A stretch of DNA of 64,000 nucleotides, from NCBI GenBank assembly GCA_963705465.1, contig CAVPJN010000005.1:1691-65690 (forward strand), written 5' to 3'. The notes below the pieces were generated by a model. The model did no database searches. It was not told the origin of the DNA and worked only from the letters and a program-made list of their open reading frames with translations. Position 1 is the first letter of the stretch, and each line of letters begins with the position of its first letter. Below are positions 44,029-55,468 of the stretch, piece after piece. This DNA comes from an uncultured Chitinophagaceae bacterium (lineage in GTDB: Bacteria > Bacteroidota > Bacteroidia > Chitinophagales > Chitinophagaceae). The translations under genes were made by a program, and so were the position numbers.

Positions 44029-45518
44029 ATGTCATTATCAAATCAGGTTAAGAATCAGCATCTGATGTGGAGGGCCGGATTTGGTCCGGCTGTTGAACAG
44101 ATTGGCGATCTTTCTAAATATACGCCCAGGCAGTTTTATACGGCACTTAAAAAAGCATCTTCAAAAAAAGCAGAATATATTGATGTAGCTGATGATTATC
44201 TGAAAGGGTTGATGCAGGGTATTGAAGAAATTGGACGTCAGCAGAAAAAGGAAATTAGTGCAGATGAAAAGAAGCTAAGACAACAGAAAAGCCGGGAAGG
44301 TGTCCGTAACCTGAATATGTACTGGATGCATGAAATGGTAAACTCGGCTTCTCAACTTCGGGAAAAGATGGCTTTCTTCTGGCATGGACATTTTGCCTGC
44401 CGTAACCTGAATGTATTTTATCAGCAAGGTCTGTTGGATATGATCAGAACAAATGCATTGGGCAATTTCGGAATAATGCTGAAAGAAATTTCAAAATCAG
44501 CAGCCATGCTGAACTTTTTAAATAATCAGCAAAATAAAAAAGATCATCCCAACGAAAATTTTGCCAGAGAGGTGATGGAATTATTTACCCTTGGTCGGGG
44601 AAATTATACTGAGCAGGATGTAAAAGAAGCAGCAAGAGCTTTTACAGGTTGGAGTTCCAACGTAAAAGGCGAGTATGTATTCCGTCGTTTCCAACACGAT
44701 TTTGGCAATAAAACAGTTTTGGGAAAAACCGGAAATTTTGATGGCGGAGAAGTGCTGGATATTTTACTGGATCAAAAACAAACTGCAAAGTTTATAACAA
44801 GAAAAATTTATAAATTCTTTGTCAATGAAAAAATTGATGAAGCAAAAGTAGATTGGCTGGCCGATCGTTTTCATAAAAGTGATTATGAAATTGCACCGTT
44901 ACTGGAAGATATATTTACCAGCGATTGGTTTTATGAGGAAAAAAATGTGGGAGCCTTAATAAAATCTCCGGTAGAATTATTGGTAGGTATACAACGAATA
45001 TTACCTATGAAACTGGAAAATGATGAAGCTTTAATGCTTTTACAAAGAGTGTTAGGGCAGTTATTATTTTATCCGCCGAATGTAGCTGGCTGGCCGGGCG
45101 GTAAAGCCTGGATCGACAGCTCCTCATTGATGATGCGGATGCGAATACCAAAATTGATCAATGATATTGATGAAATGAATGTAAATGCCAAAGATGATGA
45201 TGATACAATGATGGGAATGAAAGATGGTGAAATGACTGGCAATAAAAAAGCCGGAGGGAAACAAGCCGCTGGTGCTTATGCAGGCATGCGTCGTCAGATG
45301 ATCAATGCAGATGTTGATTGGAAGCAATATGTTAAAAATTATGAATCGGTGAGTCAGGGAAAAGCTTGGAGAAGAAATTTCAAAATCATTGTTACAAGTA
45401 AAATCCGGGGTAAGTATGGATTTGATCAAACAATATTCGGATCAGACTGGAAGAGAGAATTTTATTAAGAACGGCTACACTTCAAATAATGAGTACACCG
45501 GAGTATCAATTGTGTTAA
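44029..45518 (+). CDS. DUF1800-family protein (frameshift near 45360)
   Basis: HLMWRAGFG, LREKMAFFWHGHF, NENFAREVMELFTLG, PPNVAGW; true end MSTPEYQLC*. Confidence 0.92.
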
Positions 45519-45537
45519 TCAGCCTAAAGTTTTTGTA

Positions 45538-46737
45538 ATGTATATAAAACGTAAAGAATTTATTCAGATCGGATCACTGGCAACAGCTTCTATGCTGGTG
45601 CCAAAGTTTTTAAAAGCTTTTGAAAGTAATAGCATGGTGATGCCGGGGAATAAAGTGGTTGTGATACTTCAGTTGAGTGGTGGTAATGATGGGCTGAATA
45701 CTGTCATTCCTTTTAGAAATGATCTGTATTATAAAGCAAGGCCAAAATTGGGTATTACAAAAGATAAAGCATTGGCTTTAACGGATGAAGTTGGATTGAA
45801 TCCTGCATTAAAAGGTTTGAAAGAATTATATGATGATGGTAGTCTTTCCATTTTGAATAATGTTGGTTATCCTAATCCTGACCGTTCGCATTTCAGAAGT
45901 ATGGATATCTGGCATACAGCCAGTGATAGTAATGAATACTGGACCAATGGATGGATGGGTCGTTATCTTGATTCGCAATGCAAAGGATGTGATAAACCAA
46001 CACAGGCAATTGAAATAGATGATGTATTGAGTCTTGCCTTGAAAGGGGAAGAGATGAAAGGTATTGCTGTAAAAGATCCAAAACGATTATACGGAACAGC
46101 CAATGAAAAATTCTTCAGAGATATAATGAAAAATCACAAAGACGAAGCTGGAGAACAACCGGTTGATTATTTATACAAGACGATGGCTGAAACATTATCA
46201 AGTGCTGATTATATTTTTAAACAAAGCAGAATGCATCCAACAAATGCTGTATATCCAACAACAGGGTTGGGAAATAGTTTAAAGACAATTGCATCGTTGA
46301 TCTATTCTGAGATCAATACAAAAGTTTATTATGTTTCACTGGGAAGTTTTGATACACATATCAATCAGGAAGGACAGCAAAATCGATTGTTTACTGAAAT
46401 GAATGATGCCATCAAAGCATTTGTAAAAGACCTGAAAGAACAACATCGTTTTGATGATGTGTTGTTATTTACTTTCTCAGAGTTTGGAAGAAGGGTACAG
46501 CAAAATGCAAGCAACGGAACAGATCATGGTACTGCCAACAATATGTTTATGATCAGTGGCGGGTTAAAACAAAAAGGAATTTTGAATCCAATGCCGGACT
46601 TAAGTGATTTGAATGAAGGCGATCTGAAATACAATGTTGATTTTAAAAATGTATATGCTACCATTTTAAATAAATGGTTGAAAGCAGATGATAAGTCAAT
46701 ATTGATGAAACAATACGAGTATTTGAATTTTATTTAG
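45538..46737 (+). CDS. DUF1501-family protein (Tat-like N-terminus)
   Basis: LSGGNDGLNTVIP, RSHFRSMDIW, FDTH, SEFGRR...GTDHG; the usual partner of DUF1800. Confidence 0.92.
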   Translation: MYIKRKEFIQIGSLATASMLVPKFLKAFESNSMVMPGNKVVVILQLSGGNDGLNTVIPFRNDLYYKARPKLGITKDKALALTDEVGLNPALKGLKELYDDGSLSILNNVGYPNPDRSHFRSMDIWHTASDSNEYWTNGWMGRYLDSQCKGCDKPTQAIEIDDVLSLALKGEEMKGIAVKDPKRLYGTANEKFFRDIMKNHKDEAGEQPVDYLYKTMAETLSSADYIFKQSRMHPTNAVYPTTGLGNSLKTIASLIYSEINTKVYYVSLGSFDTHINQEGQQNRLFTEMNDAIKAFVKDLKEQHRFDDVLLFTFSEFGRRVQQNASNGTDHGTANNMFMISGGLKQKGILNPMPDLSDLNEGDLKYNVDFKNVYATILNKWLKADDKSILMKQYEYLNFI

Positions 46738-46748
46738 ACCCAAAAAAT

Positions 46749-46794
46749 AAGCAAAAGCCACGATGAGTAATTAATCATCGTGGCTTTTGCTTTT
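46749..46794. terminator. Bidirectional terminator
   Basis: aagcaaaagccacgatga...tcatcgtggcttttgctttt. Confidence 0.8.
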
Positions 46795-46816
46795 ATAAAT
46801 GTTTAATTATAAAAAA

Positions 46817-48889
46817 CTATGTTGCTTTTCTTTTACTCATCGCAATTTTATAAAGGATGTAGCCCATCAATACAAAGAATGCAACACCAAGCCATTTGTA
46901 GCCTTCTCCTCCCAGCCCTTCCGTCAATCCATGTTCTGCATTTACTTTACCTAATTGATCATTTACACTTGGAATAGAAGAGAGGATGGCAACAAGAACA
47001 CCTGCCAATGCCCCACCGGCAACAAGCCCTGTTGCAAATAAATTGCCTTTTCCAAGATCTTCCTCCTCGGGAGAAACCTGGATATTTTTCTTTTTCTGTC
47101 TCCATTCAACGATTCCTCTGATGGCCCCACCAATAAAAATCGGAAGGGTAGTTGAAAGCGGCAGATAAATACCGATTGCAAAACTCAACGCTTTAATTCC
47201 GCAAAGCTCCATTACAATAGCAATGAACACTCCAACCAACACAAATTGCCAATCGAGATTAAAGGAAAGAATTCCTTTAATTAATGTAGCCATTAATGTT
47301 CCTTGCGGAGCAGGGTAAGTGTCAGTCCCAATGGCATGTTCAATTCCCTGTGCTGCCATTGCAGCAGTTGGTGTGTCAAGTATTTTAATAGTGGCGCCAA
47401 TAGCCAGTGATGATACAATGGCACCAACAAACAAAGCTATCTGTTGATATTTAGGAGTGGCCCCAACTATATAACCGGTTTTTAAATCCTGCGATGTAGC
47501 TCCGGCATTTGCAGCGGCAATACAAATCATACCACCTACAACAAGAGCCATCGGTTCATACACATGGCCCGTCCATTTTACGGCAATAAAAATCAGACAG
47601 GTGCCCATTAAAGTAGCAATTGTCATTCCGCTAATAGGATTATTTGAAGAACCGATGATTCCGACAATTCTTGATGAAACAGTAACAAAGAATGCGCCGA
47701 ATATGATCACTAATAATCCTAATAATAATTTACTACCGATATTGCTACCGGGTATCAAAGTATTTGGCATCAATGCGATAACAGCTAAAAGAACAAGACT
47801 GCCGATACCAACTACTTTTATTGAAAGATCCCTTTCTGTTCTTGGAACTTTTGCCAGCGTTTCACCCATCCCTTCTTTTTTTAGAGAACCAATACTCCCT
47901 TTGAATGAGGAAATGATGGTGGGAATAGTTTTTATTAAAGTAATAAACCCACCGGCTGCTACTGCACCTGCACCAATTTGTCTGATATATGCACGGTAAA
48001 TTGCCGAAGACCAATCAGCAAAATCATGTGTAACCGGATCCCATGTTCCTGCATTTCCCGGACCTTGTTTGGTAAGATCAGCTATATAACCAAGTTTATG
48101 TAATTGTGCGGCTACTACATCAGCACTGATCACTGAAGAAAGAAGTGGAATAAGTACAAACCAACTAAGTACACCACCTGCTACTAGTATTCCTGCTATT
48201 TTAGGACCGATGATATAGCCAACACCCAAATATTCAGGAGTAATTTCTCCACTAACTTTTGCAGAAGGAAAAATTTTATTTGTTTGCCTCGTGGCAAAAT
48301 CTGGTACTTCTTTTATAACATGAAATATTTTTTGCAGCATTGCATAAGCAAATGCAAACCCGAGTCCCAAAAATGCTGTCTTTGCAAAGTCGCCGCCTTT
48401 TTCACCGGCTTTTAATACAGATGCGCAAGCCGTGCCTTCGGGATAAGGTAAGGTAGCATGTTCCTGAACTATCAATGAACGACGAAGAGGAATCATCATC
48501 AGTGTACCAAGTATTCCTCCAAAAATGGCTAATACAAGTATGGTGAAATAATTAAAAAAGTTTGCACTGTTTGGATCACTTAAGAATAAAAACCCGGGCA
48601 ACGTAAAAACGACACCAGCCGCAATACTTTCTCCGGCTGATCCGGTAGTTTGAATAATATTATTCTCCAGGATAGTCGTCTTTAAAAACTTTCTTCCCAT
48701 TGTGATGGCAATTACAGCGATTGGGATAGATGCTGAAACCGTTAAGCCTGCTTTCAAAGCAAGATAAACAGTAGATGCGCCAAAGATGATTCCGAATATT
48801 GCCCCTGTGATAACTGATTTGATTGTGAACTCAGCCATTTTTGTTTCAGCAGGAACAAAAGGCTTAAAGGAGTTTTGCTGGTCAGACAT
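46817..48889 (-). CDS. OPT-family oligopeptide transporter
   Basis: YLALKAGLTVSASIP, LENNIIQT, LPYPEGTAC, NPISGMTIAT, SQDLKTG, PAPQ. Confidence 0.93.
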   Translation of the reverse strand: MSDQQNSFKPFVPAETKMAEFTIKSVITGAIFGIIFGASTVYLALKAGLTVSASIPIAVIAITMGRKFLKTTILENNIIQTTGSAGESIAAGVVFTLPGFLFLSDPNSANFFNYFTILVLAIFGGILGTLMMIPLRRSLIVQEHATLPYPEGTACASVLKAGEKGGDFAKTAFLGLGFAFAYAMLQKIFHVIKEVPDFATRQTNKIFPSAKVSGEITPEYLGVGYIIGPKIAGILVAGGVLSWFVLIPLLSSVISADVVAAQLHKLGYIADLTKQGPGNAGTWDPVTHDFADWSSAIYRAYIRQIGAGAVAAGGFITLIKTIPTIISSFKGSIGSLKKEGMGETLAKVPRTERDLSIKVVGIGSLVLLAVIALMPNTLIPGSNIGSKLLLGLLVIIFGAFFVTVSSRIVGIIGSSNNPISGMTIATLMGTCLIFIAVKWTGHVYEPMALVVGGMICIAAANAGATSQDLKTGYIVGATPKYQQIALFVGAIVSSLAIGATIKILDTPTAAMAAQGIEHAIGTDTYPAPQGTLMATLIKGILSFNLDWQFVLVGVFIAIVMELCGIKALSFAIGIYLPLSTTLPIFIGGAIRGIVEWRQKKKNIQVSPEEEDLGKGNLFATGLVAGGALAGVLVAILSSIPSVNDQLGKVNAEHGLTEGLGGEGYKWLGVAFFVLMGYILYKIAMSKRKAT

Positions 48890-48972
48890 TACAGTTGATT
48901 TTTGGTAATGGGAAGATATATAAAAAGGGTGATGAAAATTTTTCACCACCCTTAAAAAAATAAAACTAATTA

Positions 48973-50604
48973 TTATTTTACGCCCTTTTCTTTCATAATC
49001 CTGTTTAGCCATTTAAGCATGGCAAAACACATAACAGTAGCCACCATTAACAGACCGAAATTCAACCAGAAAAAACCTGCCTTATGATTATAGTTATCCC
49101 ACATCGTTGAAAGTACACCTGATAACTTATTTCCAATAGAAGTAGCCAGGAACCAGCCGCCCATCATTAATGAAGTAATACGAACAGGACTTAGTTTTGA
49201 AACAAGCGATAGCCCCATGGGACTAAGTAATAATTCTCCGATGGTGATTACTCCATAACTGGATACCAACCATAAAACACTTGCTTTTTCACCCCCATTA
49301 TTACTGGCATATACAGCTCCCACCATTACCAGGGCTGATAAAGCAGAAATGAAAAGTCCGAATGCAATTTTGGTGGCAGTGGAAGGTTCTTTATTTCTTC
49401 TTCTCAAAAATGAAAAGAAGGCAACTATTAGCGGTGTTAAAAGAATGACCCAACCGGGATTGATGGACTGACTAAGATTGGTGGCCCATAAGCTGACTGA
49501 ACTTTCTTCTGCCGGTTTTTTATTTTCAGGAATATTTTTAAAATAAACCGGGTAGTTCACTTCTTTAACTACAGTGCCGTCTTCCTTTTGCAAACGAAAT
49601 TGATCATCATATTTTGCAATAGAATCTTTTTTATACGCAATGGATTGAGAAAAATTTAATTTGCTGAATACTGTTTGCAAGCTGCCTGTTACTTCTCTGT
49701 CAGTATATCTATCTGCCCATGTGTTAAGTGCTGATCCATTCTGTTTAAATACGGCCCAAAACATAACGACAACGGCGAAAATTGCTAATAATGCAGCAAT
49801 GGGTCTTTTCTCATCTGCTTTAGCCCTGAAATATAATGACGCATAAAAGTATATCACCGGGATACAGGCAAAAATGAAAGCATCGGTTGAGTCGGAACCA
49901 ACTAGAGAACCCGGAATCATCCACCCTAAAACACCGGCTATAACAGACGGGACAAAAATGGTGAGAATGATCCTTTTCATCGACATATCATTCTCGCTAA
50001 CTCCTTTTTTGATATCGAATTCTTTGTAATGCTTAGTACCGATTAAAAAAATGGTAACGCCGATAAACATTCCAATTCCTGCTGCCAGAAATGCGGCACC
50101 CCAACCATAAGCAATATATAAGGCTGCGCCAAAAAAGTTACAGATGAAGGCGCCAATATTGATTCCCATGTAAAAAATGTTATAGCCATCATCTTTTTGT
50201 TTCACAAATTGAGGAGTCGTGTAAACATTTCCCAATAAGGTTGAAATATTTGGTTTAAAAAAACCATTACCTACTATAACCAACGTCATGGAGATATAAA
50301 GCATTGGTAAACTATGAACAGACATCAGGCAATATCCCAAGCCCATCATCAAGCCTCCCATAATAATTGATTTTCGATAACCGAGATACCGGTCGGCTAA
50401 TAAACCACCAATGAATGGAGTAAGAAAAACAAGGGCTATAAAAGTACCATAGAGATCGGCAGATTCAGCTTCTGTCATGGCATATCCGGCCTTTACATCT
50501 TTTAAGTAAAGGGTAAAGATTCCAATCATTAAATAGTAGCCAAACCTTTCCCACATTTCAGAAAAGAATAAGAAGGGTAATGCTTTAGGATGTTTCTTCC
50601 ACAT
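48973..50604 (-). CDS. POT/PTR proton-dependent peptide transporter
   Basis: EMWERFGYY (ExxER), GNGFFKPN, FYMGINIG, GELLLSP. Confidence 0.94.
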   Translation of the reverse strand: MWKKHPKALPFLFFSEMWERFGYYLMIGIFTLYLKDVKAGYAMTEAESADLYGTFIALVFLTPFIGGLLADRYLGYRKSIIMGGLMMGLGYCLMSVHSLPMLYISMTLVIVGNGFFKPNISTLLGNVYTTPQFVKQKDDGYNIFYMGINIGAFICNFFGAALYIAYGWGAAFLAAGIGMFIGVTIFLIGTKHYKEFDIKKGVSENDMSMKRIILTIFVPSVIAGVLGWMIPGSLVGSDSTDAFIFACIPVIYFYASLYFRAKADEKRPIAALLAIFAVVVMFWAVFKQNGSALNTWADRYTDREVTGSLQTVFSKLNFSQSIAYKKDSIAKYDDQFRLQKEDGTVVKEVNYPVYFKNIPENKKPAEESSVSLWATNLSQSINPGWVILLTPLIVAFFSFLRRRNKEPSTATKIAFGLFISALSALVMVGAVYASNNGGEKASVLWLVSSYGVITIGELLLSPMGLSLVSKLSPVRITSLMMGGWFLATSIGNKLSGVLSTMWDNYNHKAGFFWLNFGLLMVATVMCFAMLKWLNRIMKEKGVK

Positions 50605-50654
50605 AGCTGCAATTTTAGGGAGGTAAGATAAAGAAATTGAAATTAGTGATAATA

Positions 50655-50682
50655 AAAAAGGTGGCTTTGCGGGCCACCTTTT
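50655..50682 (-). terminator. Intrinsic terminator between the two POT genes
   Basis: aaaaaggtggc-tttgcgg-gccacctttt. Confidence 0.7.
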
Positions 50683-50700
50683 GAAATACGTTTAAAAAAA

Positions 50701-52359
50701 TTAAACTGAACCAGTTTTATCTTTTACAACCTGATTAAGTGATTTGATCTTACTGAAAATCAATATACCACCAAGAATAGCAGCTACTGCAATAATGCCG
50801 AAGAATAATCGCTTATCTGGTATTTTATCCCAGAAACTAGCCATTACACCTGCTACTTTACCACCCAGTGAAGTAGAAAGGAACCAACCTCCCATCATTA
50901 AAGCCGTTAACCTTGGCGGAGATAATTTTGATACTAATGATAATCCGATCGGGCTTAAGAAAATTTCGCTAATAGTGAAAACGAAATAAGTCAGGATCAA
51001 CCAGATGCCAGCTGTCTTGTATAAATAAATACTTGGAACAGACATTACAGCAAAAACCATAACCATTGCACTCAATCCGGCAATGATCAATGCGTATCCA
51101 AATTTACTCATCGTAGATGGCTCCTTTTTACGTTTACGTAAATAAGCAAATAAACCGATGAGCAATGGAGTTAGTACCACTATGAAAAACGGATTGATCG
51201 ATTGATACAATTCTGCATTTGTCAATTTCAATTCTTCACCAGGAGCAGGCCATTTTTCTTTTGGTAAATTATTCAGATACGGATCAGGTCCCATTTCTTT
51301 TATTGGATTGCCTTCACCATCGAGTACCGGCCGCATGTATTGATCAACTTTAGTTACTTCATATGGTTCGGCTGTTATTTTTTGAACCATATCGATTTTA
51401 CTGGCCGGGCCTTCTAATACGGAAGTGATTTGCCTGTCAGTATGCGTTTGAGCCCAGATAGTTAGACCAGTAGAGTTTTGATTATAGATAGTCCAGAAAA
51501 TTATTGAAACAGTAAATATGAATAATAAAGCACCGATACCTTTTTTATCCTGCTCACTTCCTTTTCGCCAAAGATTAACATAGAAAAAGACAACGGGGAT
51601 ACAGGCAAATACGAATGCATCGTTAGAATCTGAATTCATAATATTGCCCGGAATAATCCAGCCAATAATTCCAAATACGATCATTGGCAGGAATACCGAC
51701 CCGAAGATTTTAGAAATTGGCATATCGCCTTTTTCCATTGGTCTTTTAATATCCGCATCTTTTACATGTTTAATTTGTAAAGCAAGCCAGATAAGTCCAA
51801 TAATTAAACCAACTCCTGCAGCAGCAAATGCATATCCCCATCCGTAAGCATTACGTAGATAAGCGGCAACAAAATTGCAGAAAAGAGCACCAATATTGAT
51901 GCCCATATAAAAAATATTGTATGCATTATCTTTGAGCGGCTTTAATTCTTCTGTATTATACATATTGCCCAGCAATACAGAAATATTCGGTTTGAAGAAT
52001 CCATTTCCAACAATTATCAGACCTAAAGAAACATACATGGCCATATCTCCCGGAAGAGCTAAACCTAAATAGCCTGCGGCCATTAAAACTCCTCCTATAA
52101 AAACTGATTTGATATATCCCAGATATCTATCTGCAATCAAACCTCCAATAAATGGTGTTAAATATACCAGGGCAATAAAACTACCCACAACATCAGCTCC
52201 CATTCCTCTCGAAAATTCTTTACCACCTGTAGTAGTATCAGTTAAATACAGAAATAAAATACCTACCATCAGATAATAACCAAATCGTTCCCACATTTCA
52301 GTAAAAAACAAGACCATTAAACCTTTTGGATGTTTGGCTGCAGTTGTAATTTGATTCAT
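50701..52359 (-). CDS. POT/PTR proton-dependent peptide transporter (paralog)
   Basis: EMWERFGYY, GNGFFKPN, FYMGINIG, SEIFLSP. Confidence 0.94.
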   Translation of the reverse strand: MNQITTAAKHPKGLMVLFFTEMWERFGYYLMVGILFLYLTDTTTGGKEFSRGMGADVVGSFIALVYLTPFIGGLIADRYLGYIKSVFIGGVLMAAGYLGLALPGDMAMYVSLGLIIVGNGFFKPNISVLLGNMYNTEELKPLKDNAYNIFYMGINIGALFCNFVAAYLRNAYGWGYAFAAAGVGLIIGLIWLALQIKHVKDADIKRPMEKGDMPISKIFGSVFLPMIVFGIIGWIIPGNIMNSDSNDAFVFACIPVVFFYVNLWRKGSEQDKKGIGALLFIFTVSIIFWTIYNQNSTGLTIWAQTHTDRQITSVLEGPASKIDMVQKITAEPYEVTKVDQYMRPVLDGEGNPIKEMGPDPYLNNLPKEKWPAPGEELKLTNAELYQSINPFFIVVLTPLLIGLFAYLRKRKKEPSTMSKFGYALIIAGLSAMVMVFAVMSVPSIYLYKTAGIWLILTYFVFTISEIFLSPIGLSLVSKLSPPRLTALMMGGWFLSTSLGGKVAGVMASFWDKIPDKRLFFGIIAVAAILGGILIFSKIKSLNQVVKDKTGSV

Positions 52360-52529
52360 AAAATAATTTTAATTGATAAAATCAGAGTCTTGCGAGGTTA
52401 AGCCGAAGCAAACCTCTTCGTTAGAAGTGACAAAATACAGAAATTTAACCATCCGTAAACTTTTTCAAAATTCTTTAACGGATACAACCGATATTCGCAA
52501 AACCTTTAAAACCAACTATCAAACTAATT

Positions 52530-53811
52530 ATGCGACTCCTCTTACTCGGATCTGGTGGAAGAGAACATGCCATTGCATTGAAACTTTCTCAAAGCCCCCT
52601 TTGTGAAAAGCTTTTTATTGCTCCCGGTAATGCCGGAACCCGTAACTGCGGAACAAATCTTCCATTTGGTTTCAACGATTTTGAAGCGGTTAAAAAAGCC
52701 TGTATTGATGAAAAGATCGATATGGTCATTGTTGGCCCCGAGGAACCATTGGTAAAAGGAATTACGGATTACTTAAAAAATACTGCTGCTTTAAAAAATA
52801 TTGCAGTTATTGGTCCGGGAAAGAATAGTGCACAACTGGAGGGTAGCAAGGCCTTTGCGAAAGCCTTTATGATGCGGCATAATATTCCAACAGCTTCTTA
52901 TAAAGAATTTACGATAACAACATATAGGGAAGGGATTGAGTATATACAAAAACACTCCTTGCCTATTGTATTAAAAGCAGATGGATTAGCCGCAGGAAAA
53001 GGGGTTGTGATCTGTAATAATCATGTGGAAGCCGTTGCCGAATTTGAATTAATGATCCAGAATGCAAAATTTGGAGAAGCCGGGAAAAAAGTGGTGATTG
53101 AACAATTCCTTAAAGGAGTTGAAATGTCAGTTTTTGTTTTGACGGATGGGAAAAGCTATGTCATTCTTCCGGAAGCAAAAGATTATAAAAAAATAGGAGA
53201 AGGTGATAAAGGACCCAATACCGGTGGTATGGGAGCGGTTAGTCCGGTTCCATTTGCCAACGAAGAGTTGATGAAGAAAAGTGGAAGAAAGAGTGATCAT
53301 CCCAACCATAAACGGATTACAAAAAGAAGGACTGGATTATAGAGGATTTATTTTTTTGGGTTTCATGATTGATAAAGATGAACCTTATATGATCGAATAC
53401 AACTGCAGAATGGGTGATCCGGAAACAGAAGTAGTGATACCCCGGTTAAAGAATGATTTAGTAGAATTATTTAATGCAGTAGCTGATCAGAAACTGGATA
53501 CAATAAAAATTGAAACTGATCCAAGAACGGTTTGTACGGTTGTTGCTGTAAGCGGAGGTTATCCCGGCGATTATGAAAAAGGCTATGAAATTCATGGATT
53601 GGAAGAGGTGAACCCCGAGGACAGTGTCGTTTATCATATGGGAACTACGATTGACAATGGTAAAGTGGTAACGAATGGAGGTCGTGTATTTTGCGTTACT
53701 TCTTATGGCCGGTCAATCTACGATGCCGTTGAGATTTCCAAAGAAGAATTAGAGAAAATTACATTTACCGGAATGGAATATCGTAGCGATATCGGTTACG
53801 AGTTTGACTAA
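52530..53811 (+). CDS. purD: Phosphoribosylamine-glycine ligase (frameshift near 53280)
   Basis: GSGGREHA, KADGLAAGKGV, GPNTGGMG, EYNCRMGDPE, TNGGRV, YRSDIG. Confidence 0.96.
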
Positions 53812-53862
53812 AATTAATAATCGCTAATTTGCATCCATACGATTTACAAAGCCAAATTAGCA

Positions 53863-54860
53863 ATGGAAGTACATTACCACGATTATCTGCAACTGGATAA
53901 GATCCTGAATGCACAATCTCCCGAAAGCGATAAACTTAACTTACCTGCTCATGATGAAATGCTTGTTCATCATCATTCACCAGGCGTATGAACTTTGGTT
54001 CAAACAACTGCATTACGAAGCAGATTCTATTGTTGGTATAATGAGTAAACCGGCATTGAATGATAATTCACCTGAATTGCAAACGGTTGTTCATCGGTTA
54101 AATCGTTGTGTCACTATCTTAAGAGTATTGGTGCACCAGATCGATATTATGGAAACGATGACATCAATGGACTTTCTTGATTTCAGGGATATGCTTCGTC
54201 CGGCATCGGGTTTTCAAAGCTGGCAGTTCAAAGAACTGGAAGCGAAACTGGGTTTGAAGTTTGAACAGCGGCATGGCAAAGAATATTATACAGCACAACT
54301 AAGACCTGAGCATGTTGATATCATTAAAAAAGCAGAAAGCGGAAACTCCCTGTTACAATTATTAAATAGCTGGTTGGAACGAATGCCTTTTTTGAAAGAA
54401 GGTGCTGACAATCCATTCTGGGAAAATTATAAAAAAGTTTATCAGGAAAGTTTAGCAGAGGCAGAAAAAAATAACCTGGCAGCATTTGAAGAGATGTTTA
54501 ATTCTGGCTCACTCGAACGCTGATAGAACATTATCACCTGCAGCATGCAGAGCCGCATTATTTATTATGCTCTACCGTGGGTATCCGTTATTGCAATTGC
54601 CATTTCAGTTGTTAAATGCTTTATTGGAAATAGATGAACAACTCAGCAGCTGGCGGCACCGCCATATGAATATGGTGCACCGGATGATCGGAATGCGAAT
54701 TGGTACAGGAGGCAGCACGGGAAAAGATTACCTGAAAGCAGCAGCAGACAAACATTATATTTTTAAAGAGATTGCACAGCTCAATAGCTTTTTGATTGAG
54801 AGAAGAAAATTACCTGCTTTGCCTGTTGAAATAGAAAAGCAATTAGGATTTGGTATATAA
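53863..54860 (+). CDS. kynA: Tryptophan 2,3-dioxygenase (frameshifted)
   Basis: MEVHYHDYLQLDKIL, HDEM.FIIIHQAYELWFKQ, PASGFQSWQF, RMIG...GTGGSTG..YL. Confidence 0.92.
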
Positions 54861-54893
54861 AAAAACGTCACAATTAAATATTGCGACGTTTTT
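54860..54893. terminator. Bidirectional terminator
   Basis: aaaaaacgtcacaat...attgcgacgttttt. Confidence 0.7.
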
Positions 54894-54916
54894 GCTGAAT
54901 CCTGATCCGATATATA

Positions 54917-55384
54917 TTAAAAAGTGTACCTGATTCCCAGGCCACCCCAATTACCATAGAAGCCACGGTTTGTTCCAAATTCAAAAGACGGTTGCCAATC
55001 CAATGACATATTAATAGGGGCACCGTTAAATTTATAATCCAATCCAAGTACTCCGTCAATACCAATAAAAGCACCATTACCATTCTTATTATTATAAAAG
55101 CCAACATGGGCTCCCGGTCCAATATACCATTGTAATCCGTTTGCATTATTGATAGGACCATGAATTTCATAAAGACCAGTGATCCTGGTTCCCTGATTCC
55201 AGAAATAGCCGATCAGCTCCAACGCATTATTGTCACTGACAAAATGCTTGAATGAAATACCGCCGCCATCCCAGACTTTTACACCTAAAGCAGTTTGATA
55301 AGTTGAGCCATTAGCACTTTTACTTTGTGCAGTAGCTGAAATGGAAAATAAAATAATTGTAGTTATTAAAATAAATTGTCTCAT
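54917..55384 (-). CDS. Small outer-membrane beta-barrel protein
   Basis: Signal peptide, alternating beta-strand pattern, terminal GIRYTF beta-signal. Confidence 0.8.
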   Translation of the reverse strand: MRQFILITTIILFSISATAQSKSANGSTYQTALGVKVWDGGGISFKHFVSDNNALELIGYFWNQGTRITGLYEIHGPINNANGLQWYIGPGAHVGFYNNKNGNGAFIGIDGVLGLDYKFNGAPINMSLDWQPSFEFGTNRGFYGNWGGLGIRYTF

Positions 55385-55468
55385 AATTCGGTTTTAAGTG
55401 GAAGAATAAAATTATAAACCGACATTGCCATTTTTATGCCAAAAAATATTTCTTGTCAAAAAATCGGA

